DNA of 64,000 nt from a virus (taxonomy: Duplodnaviria > Caudoviricetes), in the IMG/VR virus record IMGVR_UViG_3300021958_000049, positions 1-64,000 of that record; one strand, given 5' to 3'. Below, in pieces: positions 12,401 to 21,401 of the stretch (position 1 is the first letter of the stretch; the number at the start of each line of letters is the position of its first letter). Position numbers and translations under genes: made by a program. The notes beneath the pieces were generated by a model, which worked only from the letters and a program-made list of their open reading frames with translations, did not search any database and was not told where the DNA came from.

Positions 12401-13393
12401 CCTACAGCCAGTGTCTGGAACAATACATATCCCGGAATAGGATATGGGTTGTTTTCCAATAATGCATTTAATAAAAGCCCGGCATTAGCGTCAACATTTA
12501 AAGTTAAGCACTTAAAAATAAAAATAGATCCAAATAATTTAGGAATAACTTCGTTTTTGGATAATTTAGATTATACTAGAAGAAGAAATCCTAATGATGC
12601 AAGTTCAGATTTTACCGGTCTAACCAATAATAAAGCCACTTTGGTAAGTGGTGGAGAATATTATACCGATTGGTATGTTGGTCAAGTAAAACCAATGAAT
12701 AATCTACGAGGATTAGGTCTGAACGGTACAGATGGATACAATTCAGATGTGCAAAGACAACATGTTGATTCTAGTGGATCAATGTCTTGGCTTTATTATT
12801 CGACTAGCAATAAAATAATCCCGTTTACAAATACAACTGGTATCCCTCCTGCAGTTCTCAGTTACTTACCTGCAAATATGGAAAATCGTGGTGCTGAGGT
12901 TAATTGGTTCGCCCATTCTAATTCAAATTTTGCTAATACTAACAAATATACTACCTTTATGTGGAGGATTTATGCTGGATATGGTGCTTCTGAAGACGTT
13001 CCAACACACTGTTATTTAGAGATATATTGTACTCCACCAGCTCACAGATCATATGGGGAAGATTTTGCGGATTCTAACAATTTAGTAGCTCCGGCCGGTA
13101 ATAGTTTCTTATCAGTACAGGAAGCTTCCGGAAACGTGAATGTTTTATCAAATCGTGGCATTGGTTTTCTGAATGAATACGGAATGCAACAACAAAGAGG
13201 TGGATTTTATCCGAATGTTTTAACTATGTTTAATAGTTATCTTGATGATGATCCGAGTGGTTATGTTGAAAGAATGAATTTAGAAGGTTTGCTCACATGG
13301 ATGGATAGAACTGATGGTTTTTATGGTTCTCATGGGTTTAGTTTATCAGGTCAGGCTACTGTCAAATGGAATAGAGCTGCGAATGCTTGGTAA
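9455..13393 (+). CDS. Putative tail fibre / receptor-binding protein with short collagen-like Gly-X-Y repeats
   Basis: GPQGPQGNIGPIGPIGPIGDPG (aa 34-55) and GPTGAIGPTG, followed by a long G/S/T/N-rich beta-type body. Confidence 0.55.
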   Translation: MAIVIKEIILSDSIEKFMEKVNFNFDQLMLAGGGPQGPQGNIGPIGPIGPIGDPGNKWYVGCTGTTVAIGASLFMGDLFLQKGCTGATYSLGDVLEFDAISDTFIPTGLNLRGPTGAIGPTGESTGWDVYPGGTDGLIYDGGETAGAAGATTSFVLLKGDSFGSTGMAQHPGYSRDSLYLGGYHGMYNQSIVYSPDTLPKLFVSPKTLISNSTFFDDTSGGKAGGGITLTREPSRSGTAPYSYTPINPSSYSNIFIDDMMNLNISNFSDYASAVIFDPSINNDINLMGRTGVKLIGGHYQPQNAGGLLEVSSGLKTELYPDTSGIFPAGGPGFHLRSKGNLNTGTISLSDTNQLRIISERVSANTNLVDVAYWADVTLLSPNNKYRIGIGANAKYKNVTSQNNDMPFIGSGAFDDSATEYIGLGNKPTGNKAPTLSTFNYDSKDFVLIGDPNSYDPSTDLSTIIEKSIDIEGQIRMRHSSGSTGQVLLTVDNIGTAEWSSSTSLGGWQPDTGCVYKIVITERNSRFASFIPGAASNYTRVDIPSTNNSTSVQSDLYFADNSYDGEDDRDQQGHLINKSYIDATQNGIFSISTGLLTNCPDGIAERETQGNSTVIPRLQFGAYGEIAIGNLTANARFSSSGWKNGIINDVAQIDSSTTLKKGLLTDALKIYKSRSTFETVDTNLRYNRANIHLINTNIDGDVGRYGDFINPKIKFTPNDINASDDDLLTGDNDGFDSTTSFEVLRYYNGDSAGPGNIRFSGVGKSTKIANPSDASIANANPSTVTTGRGEDIGVGAHVMMISDTDSKNKYDEQGKASDYYEIVDTDLYVETLSATYLSQGTKGATGASAQYQYKQYEFAKWGTAASGWDTFGATGYAKFQGSRTIAENIDDLPDVPIDVNLLDTTNIWAVTGPDTIETLPDSGSTSGYWNPDHLNAWISPTTGVRFSPINLSVPEGSNQTGLSWVDFNIDMGLIFETNSNNTVPTASVWNNTYPGIGYGLFSNNAFNKSPALASTFKVKHLKIKIDPNNLGITSFLDNLDYTRRRNPNDASSDFTGLTNNKATLVSGGEYYTDWYVGQVKPMNNLRGLGLNGTDGYNSDVQRQHVDSSGSMSWLYYSTSNKIIPFTNTTGIPPAVLSYLPANMENRGAEVNWFAHSNSNFANTNKYTTFMWRIYAGYGASEDVPTHCYLEIYCTPPAHRSYGEDFADSNNLVAPAGNSFLSVQEASGNVNVLSNRGIGFLNEYGMQQQRGGFYPNVLTMFNSYLDDDPSGYVERMNLEGLLTWMDRTDGFYGSHGFSLSGQATVKWNRAANAW

Positions 13394-13411
13394 TAACAAA
13401 TATAATATAAA

Positions 13412-13648
13412 ATGGATATTAAAAAAGAAGACAAAAAGAAAATTAAAAATATCATAGATAAATTTGGTAAAGTTTATTCAGAAATGGAAAATATTGAGAC
13501 CGAATTAAAAGTTCTTGAATCTAGAAGAATAAATGTACTAGATGAAATAAAGAATATAAGAGAAGACGAGCGTATTATATTAAAAGAAATGAAAGAAAAA
13601 TACGGAGATGTTACTCTTAATTTAGAGACTATGGAAATATTAAAATGA
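13412..13648 (+). CDS. Hypothetical coiled-coil protein, 78 aa
   Basis: Heptad-rich, charged ORF with an A-rich leader. Confidence 0.5.
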   Translation: MDIKKEDKKKIKNIIDKFGKVYSEMENIETELKVLESRRINVLDEIKNIREDERIILKEMKEKYGDVTLNLETMEILK

Positions 13649-13649
13649 T

Positions 13650-14432
13650 ATGGAAAAATTTAAAGCTAATCTAAATACTATATTTGTGATAGCAATTGCT
13701 GTTCTGGCATTTTTGTTACTAAAGCAATGTAATAAGGTACAGGACTTAAAATTAGAAAATAAAGTTGGAGTACAAAATATAATTGCTTTAAACGATTCAA
13801 TTAGAACTGTTACGAATAAATGGAACGAAGAAATAGCTTTAAAAAATGTATATATTACTTCTGGTAACGAATTAGAGGATATTAACAAAAAATTATCTAA
13901 TAAAATTAAAAAATTAGAAGGCGATGTTTTATACGCATCTAATATAATATCATCTATTAAGGCAGATACTATTATTATGGAAAACGAAGTAATTCGATAT
14001 CCAGATGGTACAAATCAATTAACTTGGTCATATAATAAAGATTTTGGTAATGGTAATTCTAGATTCTTAGATGGTAATACGAGGTTCTCTATTGATACAT
14101 TGAATAATGATTTTAATATATTAGATAAAGGAACTTCAATAACCAGAGATATTACAAATATAAGCTTGTTAACTGGTTTAACTGAATTAGATGAATCATA
14201 TCAAATATTTGTAAAGACGGATTATCCTGGAATTACATTCTCTAGCATAGAAGGAGCGATATTAGATAAGAAACGCTTTTTAAAACAAACTCAACCTAGT
14301 TGGGTATTTGGACCGTCTGTTTATATTGGTGTTGGTGTAGATCCTAAAAATGCAACAGCAGGACCTCAAATTGGATTAGGTATTTCCGCCACGTTTAATT
14401 TGAATAAATATCTAAATAACATATTTAAATAA
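13650..14432 (+). CDS. Membrane-anchored coiled-coil protein (possible spanin-like)
   Basis: N-terminal hydrophobic helix IFVIAIAVLAFLLLKQC, then a coiled coil and a hydrophobic beta-like C-terminus. Confidence 0.3.
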   Translation: MEKFKANLNTIFVIAIAVLAFLLLKQCNKVQDLKLENKVGVQNIIALNDSIRTVTNKWNEEIALKNVYITSGNELEDINKKLSNKIKKLEGDVLYASNIISSIKADTIIMENEVIRYPDGTNQLTWSYNKDFGNGNSRFLDGNTRFSIDTLNNDFNILDKGTSITRDITNISLLTGLTELDESYQIFVKTDYPGITFSSIEGAILDKKRFLKQTQPSWVFGPSVYIGVGVDPKNATAGPQIGLGISATFNLNKYLNNIFK

Positions 14433-16723
14433 TGGCAACTAACTCAACATACGTACAATTATCTAATCAAGTATTATTAGAATATCAATATAGGAACCAA
14501 GGGTCTACTGCAAATGAGTTTACGACTACTCAGGCTCCATGGTATTTAATGGAGAATAGCCATGATAAAACGATATCTATATTTAATAACGATAATTCAG
14601 TAAATGAGACTGGGAACGTTAGAACTCGTATGGGAGTTTTAATAGATTCAACTACATCTAAATATGGATATTTAAAGCTAGATCAAATTACCGCATTAAA
14701 TGATTATGATCCGGATTTAACTGATTCAGTAAATTTACCGGTAAGTTTTTCTACGGTTCAAAATGTTTCCTATGATGTAATCCGCTTACATTTAGTACAA
14801 GGATTTAACTACGAAAATATGGAAGGTTTTTTCTTCCGTATGGGATTTAAGAATCAATCAGATCAAACTGTATATCATACCAATTTAGCTTATAGGAAAG
14901 CTGATTCATATGCACAAATTAATTCGGAACCATTTATACTAGGTGGAAAATATTATGCATCTTATGTAGAAATCAAAGTTCCTGCATTATATAATTTAAT
15001 AGAAGAATTTAGAAATGCAAGTTATTCAGGAAGTCCAACTGCGGATTTACCATCAGCAAAATTAACGGGTGGAGCTGGACCTAAATACAACTCTCTTATT
15101 AATACAAATTTTGGATGGATTGATAATAATAGTACTATCAATGGCCAAAACTATTTTAGCGTTTACGATTTAATATCAATAGATTTACCTGTATTAGATC
15201 AATTTAGCGATGTATCTGCTGTTATACAAGATGCTGATGATGGAGATTACATTGAATTATATGCTGCTTACAACGGATCTATAATTGATAACTTTATTAC
15301 ACAATTAAATAATGCACCTGATAATGACTATATTATATTACATGAATTAAATGTATATGAACATGTTTGGAATGGCGGAGCTACTGCTAGTTGGATAAAA
15401 ACTAGTGGACTTGAATTTGTTCAAGACGGTAATTATGAAGATCCTGTTTTATATAGACCTATTATCCAAAATCAATCGGCTCAGGCGTATAGATTAGATT
15501 ATACAATTAGATTATTTAATCGAGAAGATAATACATCTATTTGGAAGTCTGCATCTGTGCAATTTAATAATGCTTACAAATATGGTAAAGTGTTACAAAG
15601 AATATCGTTAGGAACTAATCCAATACAACCTAAAGTTTACAATAAGATATATGAGAAAAAAGTAAACTTGTATCGAGGAGTTTCTGATAATGTTAATAAA
15701 GAAGAAAAATCTTATGCTAAATTCGTAACTTCATTTATTGAAAGTAATCAAGTATTAGTAACGGCTCAAAATGCATTTTTAAAACGAGATCCAAATACTA
15801 ATAAAGTAACATTCCGAACCGTTGGTAATAGTAAAACCGAGACTATATATGCTCAAGGCTTGGGAAAAATTAATTTAACTTCCGCTGACACATTTTTAAA
15901 ATTTGTAATATATCAAGGAGATACCGAGAAAATAGTTAAATTTTTAGATTTAAATGGAGTTGGTAAGATATATTTAAATTTCTTTTCTAATTCCGGTGAT
16001 GTTAAACGATACGAAATGTATCAAGACTCATCAATATCTCCATCCAGTGGAGAAGTTATGTTTAAAATTCCAGGAGAAGATTCTAGAAAAATATCACAGT
16101 TTAATAATAATAATTTTACTATAACTGCTGATACTGGCGAAGCTGAATCTCAATTATATACTGGAATTTTTAATCGAATAGATGGAGTTGTTTCCGATAT
16201 AGAAAATAGAAAAATCATTAATTTACAAAAAGAATTGGATGAGATAAACGAAGCGTATGATAAATTAAAAAAATTATATGATGCTTTGTTATTGGATACT
16301 GATGCTTTAAAAAATGCTAATAAAGAACAAAATATTTTAATACAAGATTTACAAAATGCGTTGGATAGAGAAATATCTGAAAACAATTTCCTAATCGAAG
16401 ATGACGTTAACGATGAGGCTGAAAAGGAAGCATTAAGAAAACGAATTGCAGAACTAGAAGCTTTAGCAGTTACCCCTCCTATAACTACTCCAACTGGAAA
16501 TATTAAACCAAACTTTTTCCCGGATATAATAACGGTAGATGCTGGTATACCAACTGCCTTTATAGATCCTAGAAAATCTTTACTAAATTCTAACGTAAAA
16601 CAAACAAACAGTTCTCCGTATACAGAAGATACTTTTTTTGATATGTTTAAAGGAGTAAATAATCAATTATTCGACGAATTTCCTAATGAGAATCGACGAA
16701 GTGGAGATCAAATAAACAATTAA
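14432..16723 (+). CDS. Putative virion structural protein, 763 aa
   Basis: Translationally coupled (TAATG) to the upstream gene. Beta-rich body with a C-terminal coiled coil. Confidence 0.4.
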   Translation: MATNSTYVQLSNQVLLEYQYRNQGSTANEFTTTQAPWYLMENSHDKTISIFNNDNSVNETGNVRTRMGVLIDSTTSKYGYLKLDQITALNDYDPDLTDSVNLPVSFSTVQNVSYDVIRLHLVQGFNYENMEGFFFRMGFKNQSDQTVYHTNLAYRKADSYAQINSEPFILGGKYYASYVEIKVPALYNLIEEFRNASYSGSPTADLPSAKLTGGAGPKYNSLINTNFGWIDNNSTINGQNYFSVYDLISIDLPVLDQFSDVSAVIQDADDGDYIELYAAYNGSIIDNFITQLNNAPDNDYIILHELNVYEHVWNGGATASWIKTSGLEFVQDGNYEDPVLYRPIIQNQSAQAYRLDYTIRLFNREDNTSIWKSASVQFNNAYKYGKVLQRISLGTNPIQPKVYNKIYEKKVNLYRGVSDNVNKEEKSYAKFVTSFIESNQVLVTAQNAFLKRDPNTNKVTFRTVGNSKTETIYAQGLGKINLTSADTFLKFVIYQGDTEKIVKFLDLNGVGKIYLNFFSNSGDVKRYEMYQDSSISPSSGEVMFKIPGEDSRKISQFNNNNFTITADTGEAESQLYTGIFNRIDGVVSDIENRKIINLQKELDEINEAYDKLKKLYDALLLDTDALKNANKEQNILIQDLQNALDREISENNFLIEDDVNDEAEKEALRKRIAELEALAVTPPITTPTGNIKPNFFPDIITVDAGIPTAFIDPRKSLLNSNVKQTNSSPYTEDTFFDMFKGVNNQLFDEFPNENRRSGDQINN

Positions 16724-16737
16724 ATCAATAAACTAAT

Positions 16738-17403
16738 ATGTTTTTAAACGCAAGATCAGATCTATTTAAAGTTGAATTTCCTAGGACATTTATTCCTAAG
16801 GCTATTAAGGATAAGTATGCACAATATGTTTTTAGAATGCCAACGATGATTAATGATGTTACGGATTTGGTTAATTATACAATACAAACTGTTACGATTC
16901 CTACTATGAATTATACTCCAGTTGAGCAGGTAAAGCCAGATGTCAAGAATCCTTTACAACAAAGTACAACTAATCCAAATTCTTTAGGAACTTCTACAAC
17001 TGATTCAGGTAGAAATCGAAGATGGAGATCTTCCGCTAATTATCAAGAAATATTTACTAAGGAATTTACAGTAACATTTCAATTAGTAGATGGACATGTA
17101 AATTATTGGATACTTCTTGATACCTTGCTATACTATTATGATCCTACTACAAAGACAAGATTTAACGAAAATATACCTGTGAGAATATTAGATGCAGAGG
17201 GTAATTTAATGTTTACTGCTATGTTTATGGATTGTTTATTTACTGGTTTAAGTGAATATCAATTATCTTACTCAGATTTATCACAGGAATTTAAAACCTT
17301 CGATGCAACATTCCAATATAATACGTTAGACTTAGATTTATTACCTACTAATCGAGTAAACAAAGATAAATTTCAGGTAGGTGCAACCGCAACATTTAAA
17401 TAG
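16738..17403 (+). CDS. Tail-tube-fold protein, most like T4 gp3 tail tube terminator
   Basis: Pattern IQTVTIP...FTVTFQLVD...VRILD...F.DCLFTGLS..QLSY......FDATFQY, typical of gp3/gp19/gp54-fold proteins. Confidence 0.55.
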   Translation: MFLNARSDLFKVEFPRTFIPKAIKDKYAQYVFRMPTMINDVTDLVNYTIQTVTIPTMNYTPVEQVKPDVKNPLQQSTTNPNSLGTSTTDSGRNRRWRSSANYQEIFTKEFTVTFQLVDGHVNYWILLDTLLYYYDPTTKTRFNENIPVRILDAEGNLMFTAMFMDCLFTGLSEYQLSYSDLSQEFKTFDATFQYNTLDLDLLPTNRVNKDKFQVGATATFK

Positions 17404-17432
17404 ATATATAATATAATAAAAACATAAATATA

Positions 17433-17780
17433 ATGGAAACATTCAAAGAATATCTCGATAGTCAAAGCCCTGAAAATTTAGCTAAAATTTTACAAGAAAG
17501 TTCTGATTATACTTTATCAGAAATAGAAGAAGCAAATATTGAGGATAGCGTTGCGATATTTTTATCAGAAGGTAAAGATATAAATGATCTTGAATTAGAA
17601 TTTACTAATGAGGGATTATTTGGTTCGATTATAGGAGGATTGACTGGAGCTGCTTTAGGAAAAACTGTTGGTAAAGTTATTGCTAAAGTTCTAGGTATTC
17701 AAAAGGGTGTTTTATACGATTTACTAACTTCTCGATTAGTCGCTGCTGCACTAGGTGCTCAGATTGGCAAGAGTTTCTAA
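17433..17780 (+). CDS. Putative head-packaged precursor with a C-terminal glycine-zipper amphipathic peptide
   Basis: Starts METFKEY (T4 IPI starts MKTFKEF). An acidic pro-region is followed by TNE|GLFGSIIGGLTGAALG. GATATATA lies 30 nt upstream. Confidence 0.45.
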   Translation: METFKEYLDSQSPENLAKILQESSDYTLSEIEEANIEDSVAIFLSEGKDINDLELEFTNEGLFGSIIGGLTGAALGKTVGKVIAKVLGIQKGVLYDLLTSRLVAAALGAQIGKSF

Positions 17781-17789
17781 TAATAATAT

Positions 17790-18425
17790 ATGAGTTTAAT
17801 ATCAATAGATTTTTCTATTAACTCGACTGCGATATGTGCTTTACATAAAGGTGAATTACATTGGTTTAGTTTTGCATCAAATTTAGATTTTAACAAAAAG
17901 GCTTTTTCTGTTCATAATGATCTAGATGGATTAGGTATGAATATAAATGGATATATCAGAGAAAAACCTAAAGATCTAGATTATGTACAAGAACAATCTT
18001 GGAAAATCAATAACGCAAATTATCTTTCATACAATATAATAAACGCGATTGCGCCGTACGTGAACGATGATACTATATTTGCGATTGAAGGTTTTAGTTA
18101 TGGGTCACGAGGTAATGCATTCATTGATTTGATTACATATAATACATTTTTAAAGTCTAAGATACTTAGGATATCTAAGAAAGATATTTTAGTATATCCT
18201 CCAAAGACTATTAAGAAATTCTTCACAGGTAATGGTAATGCTAATAAAGAAAAAATGTTAGAAGCTTTTAAAACAAGTGAAGATGAATTACTCCTTAACG
18301 ATCCTTTTCATAAATATATTTTAGATACAAATTATGGAGATAAGATTCCTAAACCTGTCGACGATTTGGTGGATGCTTTTGCAATTCTTTGCTATTTAAG
18401 GGATGGTTGCAACTCGGATGCTTGA
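17790..18425 (+). CDS. RuvC-like Holliday junction resolvase
   Basis: ISIDFSINSTAI (motif I), FAIEGFSYG (II), PPKTIKKFFTGNGNANKEKM and DDLVDAFAI (III). Confidence 0.75.
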   Translation: MSLISIDFSINSTAICALHKGELHWFSFASNLDFNKKAFSVHNDLDGLGMNINGYIREKPKDLDYVQEQSWKINNANYLSYNIINAIAPYVNDDTIFAIEGFSYGSRGNAFIDLITYNTFLKSKILRISKKDILVYPPKTIKKFFTGNGNANKEKMLEAFKTSEDELLLNDPFHKYILDTNYGDKIPKPVDDLVDAFAILCYLRDGCNSDA

Positions 18426-18589
18426 TCTTGGCTTTGCAACTAGAGGTGTCCGGAACAACCGACTGTGGACTATACTGATCTTACTATATTAGAGTACCTG
18501 AATTAACAGATAATTATTATATGATCTATTAGACAGTCAGTTTCAATATTGCTACTTTATTTTAAATTATTTTTAGTATGCTCCTACTT

Positions 18590-18618
18590 GAAACTTTATA
18601 TTGATAACATTATATAAT
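18590..18618 (+). promoter_or_regulatory. GAAACT-N17-TATAAT promoter-like element upstream of gp32
   Basis: One of seven copies with an exact 17-nt spacing, each just upstream of a replication/repair gene or gp55. Confidence 0.7.
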
Positions 18619-18689
18619 TAATAACGGTATTCACACGGTGTGTTTATCTAGAAATAAAGTGTTATATTAATAAAGTAATTTAAAGTATT

Positions 18690-19619
18690 ATGAGCGAATT
18701 TGATTTATTCAACTTGTCTCTGGAAGATTTTCAGAACAACCAACCAGATACCGAACGAGGTCCTGGTATTTACAAAGCAAATCCTACCGAAGGTAAGGAT
18801 AATGTCTACAGATCTGTAATTAGGTTTTTACCTAATCCAAAAGATCCTAAAAACTCTATCGTTAAGAAATTTTCTTATTGGTTAGAGGATTCACAAGGTA
18901 ACGCCGGTTACTTTGATTGTCCATCAACTGTCGGTGAAAAATCTATCATTGCCGATACGTATTGGAAACTAGCAAAATCGGATTCTGCATTCGATCAAAA
19001 ACAAGCAGAGAAAATTAGAAGAAAGGAATATTACTTTTCAGTAGTTCAAATCGTAAAAGATCCACAACGTCCTGAATTGGAAGGAAGCTTACAAGTTTTC
19101 AGATATCCTAAAACTTTGAAAAAATTCATCGATGCTCAAACATCTCCGTCAATTGAAGATATTGAATTATCTGGTGCAGAACCATGTAATGTATTTGATC
19201 TTTTTGAAGGTAAAGATTTTTCATTAAAAGTTACGCTTAAAGGTGGCTATTGGAATTATGATGAGTGTAAATTCTTATCAAAATCTGCAGTACAAGTAAA
19301 TGGTGTAGCAATGGAAAACAATGAGGAAGGTCGTAAAGCGATTATGACACATCTCACAGATTCTCCTGATCTTGGAGTTTATTATTACAAAGCGTGGTCT
19401 AAAGATCAAACTGATAAACTCTACACAATTCTACAAGATATCTCTGGAAATCCTGGAGAATCTTATAGAAAACTTACACCAGAGGAAAGCGGTACATCAG
19501 AACCATCTCCTAAGGCGGAAACAAAACCATCACCTAAACAAACCGAAGCTGCTGCAACAAGCACAGAATCTTCAGGATCCGATGATGAACTAGAGAATTG
19601 GTTAAATAGCGCAATTTAA
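18690..19619 (+). CDS. gp32: T4 gp32-like single-stranded DNA-binding protein
   Basis: VIRFLP, DCPSTVGEK, FDLFEGKDFSLKV...YWNYDECKF and an acidic C-terminal tail (DDELENWLNSAI). Confidence 0.9.
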   Translation: MSEFDLFNLSLEDFQNNQPDTERGPGIYKANPTEGKDNVYRSVIRFLPNPKDPKNSIVKKFSYWLEDSQGNAGYFDCPSTVGEKSIIADTYWKLAKSDSAFDQKQAEKIRRKEYYFSVVQIVKDPQRPELEGSLQVFRYPKTLKKFIDAQTSPSIEDIELSGAEPCNVFDLFEGKDFSLKVTLKGGYWNYDECKFLSKSAVQVNGVAMENNEEGRKAIMTHLTDSPDLGVYYYKAWSKDQTDKLYTILQDISGNPGESYRKLTPEESGTSEPSPKAETKPSPKQTEAAATSTESSGSDDELENWLNSAI

Positions 19620-19631
19620 TCAAAAACCATT

Positions 19632-19670
19632 AAAGCCCCTTTTCGTTTTTCGATTAGGGGCTTTTAGTTT
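19632..19670 (+). terminator. Intrinsic terminator after gp32
   Basis: AAAGCCCCT/AGGGGCTTT stem followed by a T-rich tract. Confidence 0.75.
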
Positions 19671-19679
19671 ATCAAATTT

Positions 19680-20738
19680 ATGGATACACAACTTACACAA
19701 GAGTTAAAAAATACAATCATTGGTCGAGTATCAAATGTTTTACAATCAGAATTTCATGGTGAAAAATCTAGATTAAAACAAGGATATGATCGATTAAATT
19801 TTGCATGTCCGTATTGTGGAGATTCAACCGAAAATCTTCGTAAAAAGCGAGGTAATATTTACTGGAAATCATTAATGTTTCATTGCTATAATTGTGATAA
19901 ACATACTTCTGTTATTTATTTACTTAAGGACTTTGAACAAGGTTTAAGTAAACATGAGGATGTATCAACTGTATTAGATTTTATATCAGAAAATCGAGTT
20001 GAAGTAAGTTCACAAGATTATTTACAAATTGGTGTTTTCGAAACTTTAGAAAAACATGCAATATCAAAAGAACAAATATTTAAAGCAAAGAAACTAACTA
20101 ATTTAACAAAAGGATCAGTCGGATATAAATTTGTTAAAGGAAGATTTTTATTACAACGTATAAATCATTTTGCTTGGTCAGATACAGATAATCAATTATA
20201 CATATTTAATCTAACAAAGGATGATAAAGTAATTGGATATCAAATAAGAAATTTTACTCCAGGTAGAACTAAATATGTTAGTTATACAATAGAAAAAATG
20301 TACAAAGAAATTCTAAACGAGGATTTAAAAATCCCTGGTATAGAAAAAGTAAATACATTATCTATATACTATAATATCATGACGGTAGATTTATCTAGAA
20401 ATTTTACAATATTTGAAGGACCTACTGATGCATTATTATATCCTAAAAATTCAATAGCATTAAGTGGTATTAACAAAAATTCAGATATGTTTGATGATAT
20501 AAACACAGCAAGATATTTTTTTGATAATGATTCTATTGGAAGAAAAACAATGGAACAAAAACTTAAAAGAAAGAAAACTGTATTCATGTGGAAAAAGTTT
20601 CTAAAAGAAAATAAGATAACTGTGCCAATTAAAGATTTTAACGATTTAATAAGACATTGTTATTTTGACAAAAATCCGGCATATAAAACATTGGATAAAT
20701 ACTTTACTACAAGTCCTTATGACATCATCAACATTTAA
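19680..20738 (+). CDS. gp61: DNA primase (gp61-like)
   Basis: Zn-binding FACPYCGDS...FHCYNC; TOPRIM IFEGPTDAL and FFDND; KDFND. Confidence 0.88.
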   Translation: MDTQLTQELKNTIIGRVSNVLQSEFHGEKSRLKQGYDRLNFACPYCGDSTENLRKKRGNIYWKSLMFHCYNCDKHTSVIYLLKDFEQGLSKHEDVSTVLDFISENRVEVSSQDYLQIGVFETLEKHAISKEQIFKAKKLTNLTKGSVGYKFVKGRFLLQRINHFAWSDTDNQLYIFNLTKDDKVIGYQIRNFTPGRTKYVSYTIEKMYKEILNEDLKIPGIEKVNTLSIYYNIMTVDLSRNFTIFEGPTDALLYPKNSIALSGINKNSDMFDDINTARYFFDNDSIGRKTMEQKLKRKKTVFMWKKFLKENKITVPIKDFNDLIRHCYFDKNPAYKTLDKYFTTSPYDIINI

Positions 20739-20961
20739 AAAATTCCAAGAGTTTGTGAACGAAGAGCTAGATAAATTTTACGAAGACGCAGAAGAAACAT
20801 CTAAAAATTACAAGATTCCTGTAAACTTTACGGATACTTCATCATATAACTATAATAATACTAATTCCATGTTTACCGAAGTTAAGAAAAAAGAAACTTT
20901 AATAAAGAAAAAGAAAACATGGAATAAGAATACAAAGAATAATAATAAAGATCTATTTTAA
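20665..20961 (+). CDS. Hypothetical protein (true start probably downstream, near 20719)
   Basis: Fills the gap between primase and UvsY. It ends in KDLF. An internal Met (MTSSTFKKF) avoids most of the overlap with primase. Confidence 0.45.
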   Translation: MTKIRHIKHWINTLLQVLMTSSTFKKFQEFVNEELDKFYEDAEETSKNYKIPVNFTDTSSYNYNNTNSMFTEVKKKETLIKKKKTWNKNTKNNNKDLF

Positions 20962-21401
20962 TGTCGAATATAACCGAAGATAAGCTTAAAAAAATTGAAA
21001 ACTTACTTATTACCGAACGTAAAGATTGGTCAGAAAAGATTCAATCGCTAGTCGGTACTATTGATAAGGCACATAAAATTGCTAAATCACAAACATTAAT
21101 GTTATCATATCGGCATATGATCGTAGATAAAATTATAGAACTTAATATATTACTAGGTAAGAAACGAGCAAATGATGCTAATTACAAGAAGCTTCGCTAT
21201 CAATATTACAAAACTCAACATGATGTTAGATTGCAACATAATGAAATAATGGAGTATATTGCATCGGATATGTCTTTGAGAATTAGAGAAACTAGTTTAA
21301 TAGAAAATCAAATTTCTTACTATAAACAAGCAAACGAAACTTTAGATAAAATGGGATTTGCTATAAAAAACAGAGTTATTCTGGCTACAAATGATATTTG
21401 A
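20961..21401 (+). CDS. uvsY: UvsY-like recombination mediator
   Basis: Helical protein of ~146 aa with YY...TLDKMGFAIKN, directly upstream of UvsW as in T4-like phages. Confidence 0.7.
   Translation: MSNITEDKLKKIENLLITERKDWSEKIQSLVGTIDKAHKIAKSQTLMLSYRHMIVDKIIELNILLGKKRANDANYKKLRYQYYKTQHDVRLQHNEIMEYIASDMSLRIRETSLIENQISYYKQANETLDKMGFAIKNRVILATNDI

Noticed and set aside
17790-18590. RuvC-like gene plus downstream non-coding region as a TnpB/omega-RNA system
   Set aside because: The protein is only 211 aa with contiguous resolvase-type motifs. It has no REC/wedge or Zn-ribbon regions and no transposon ends.
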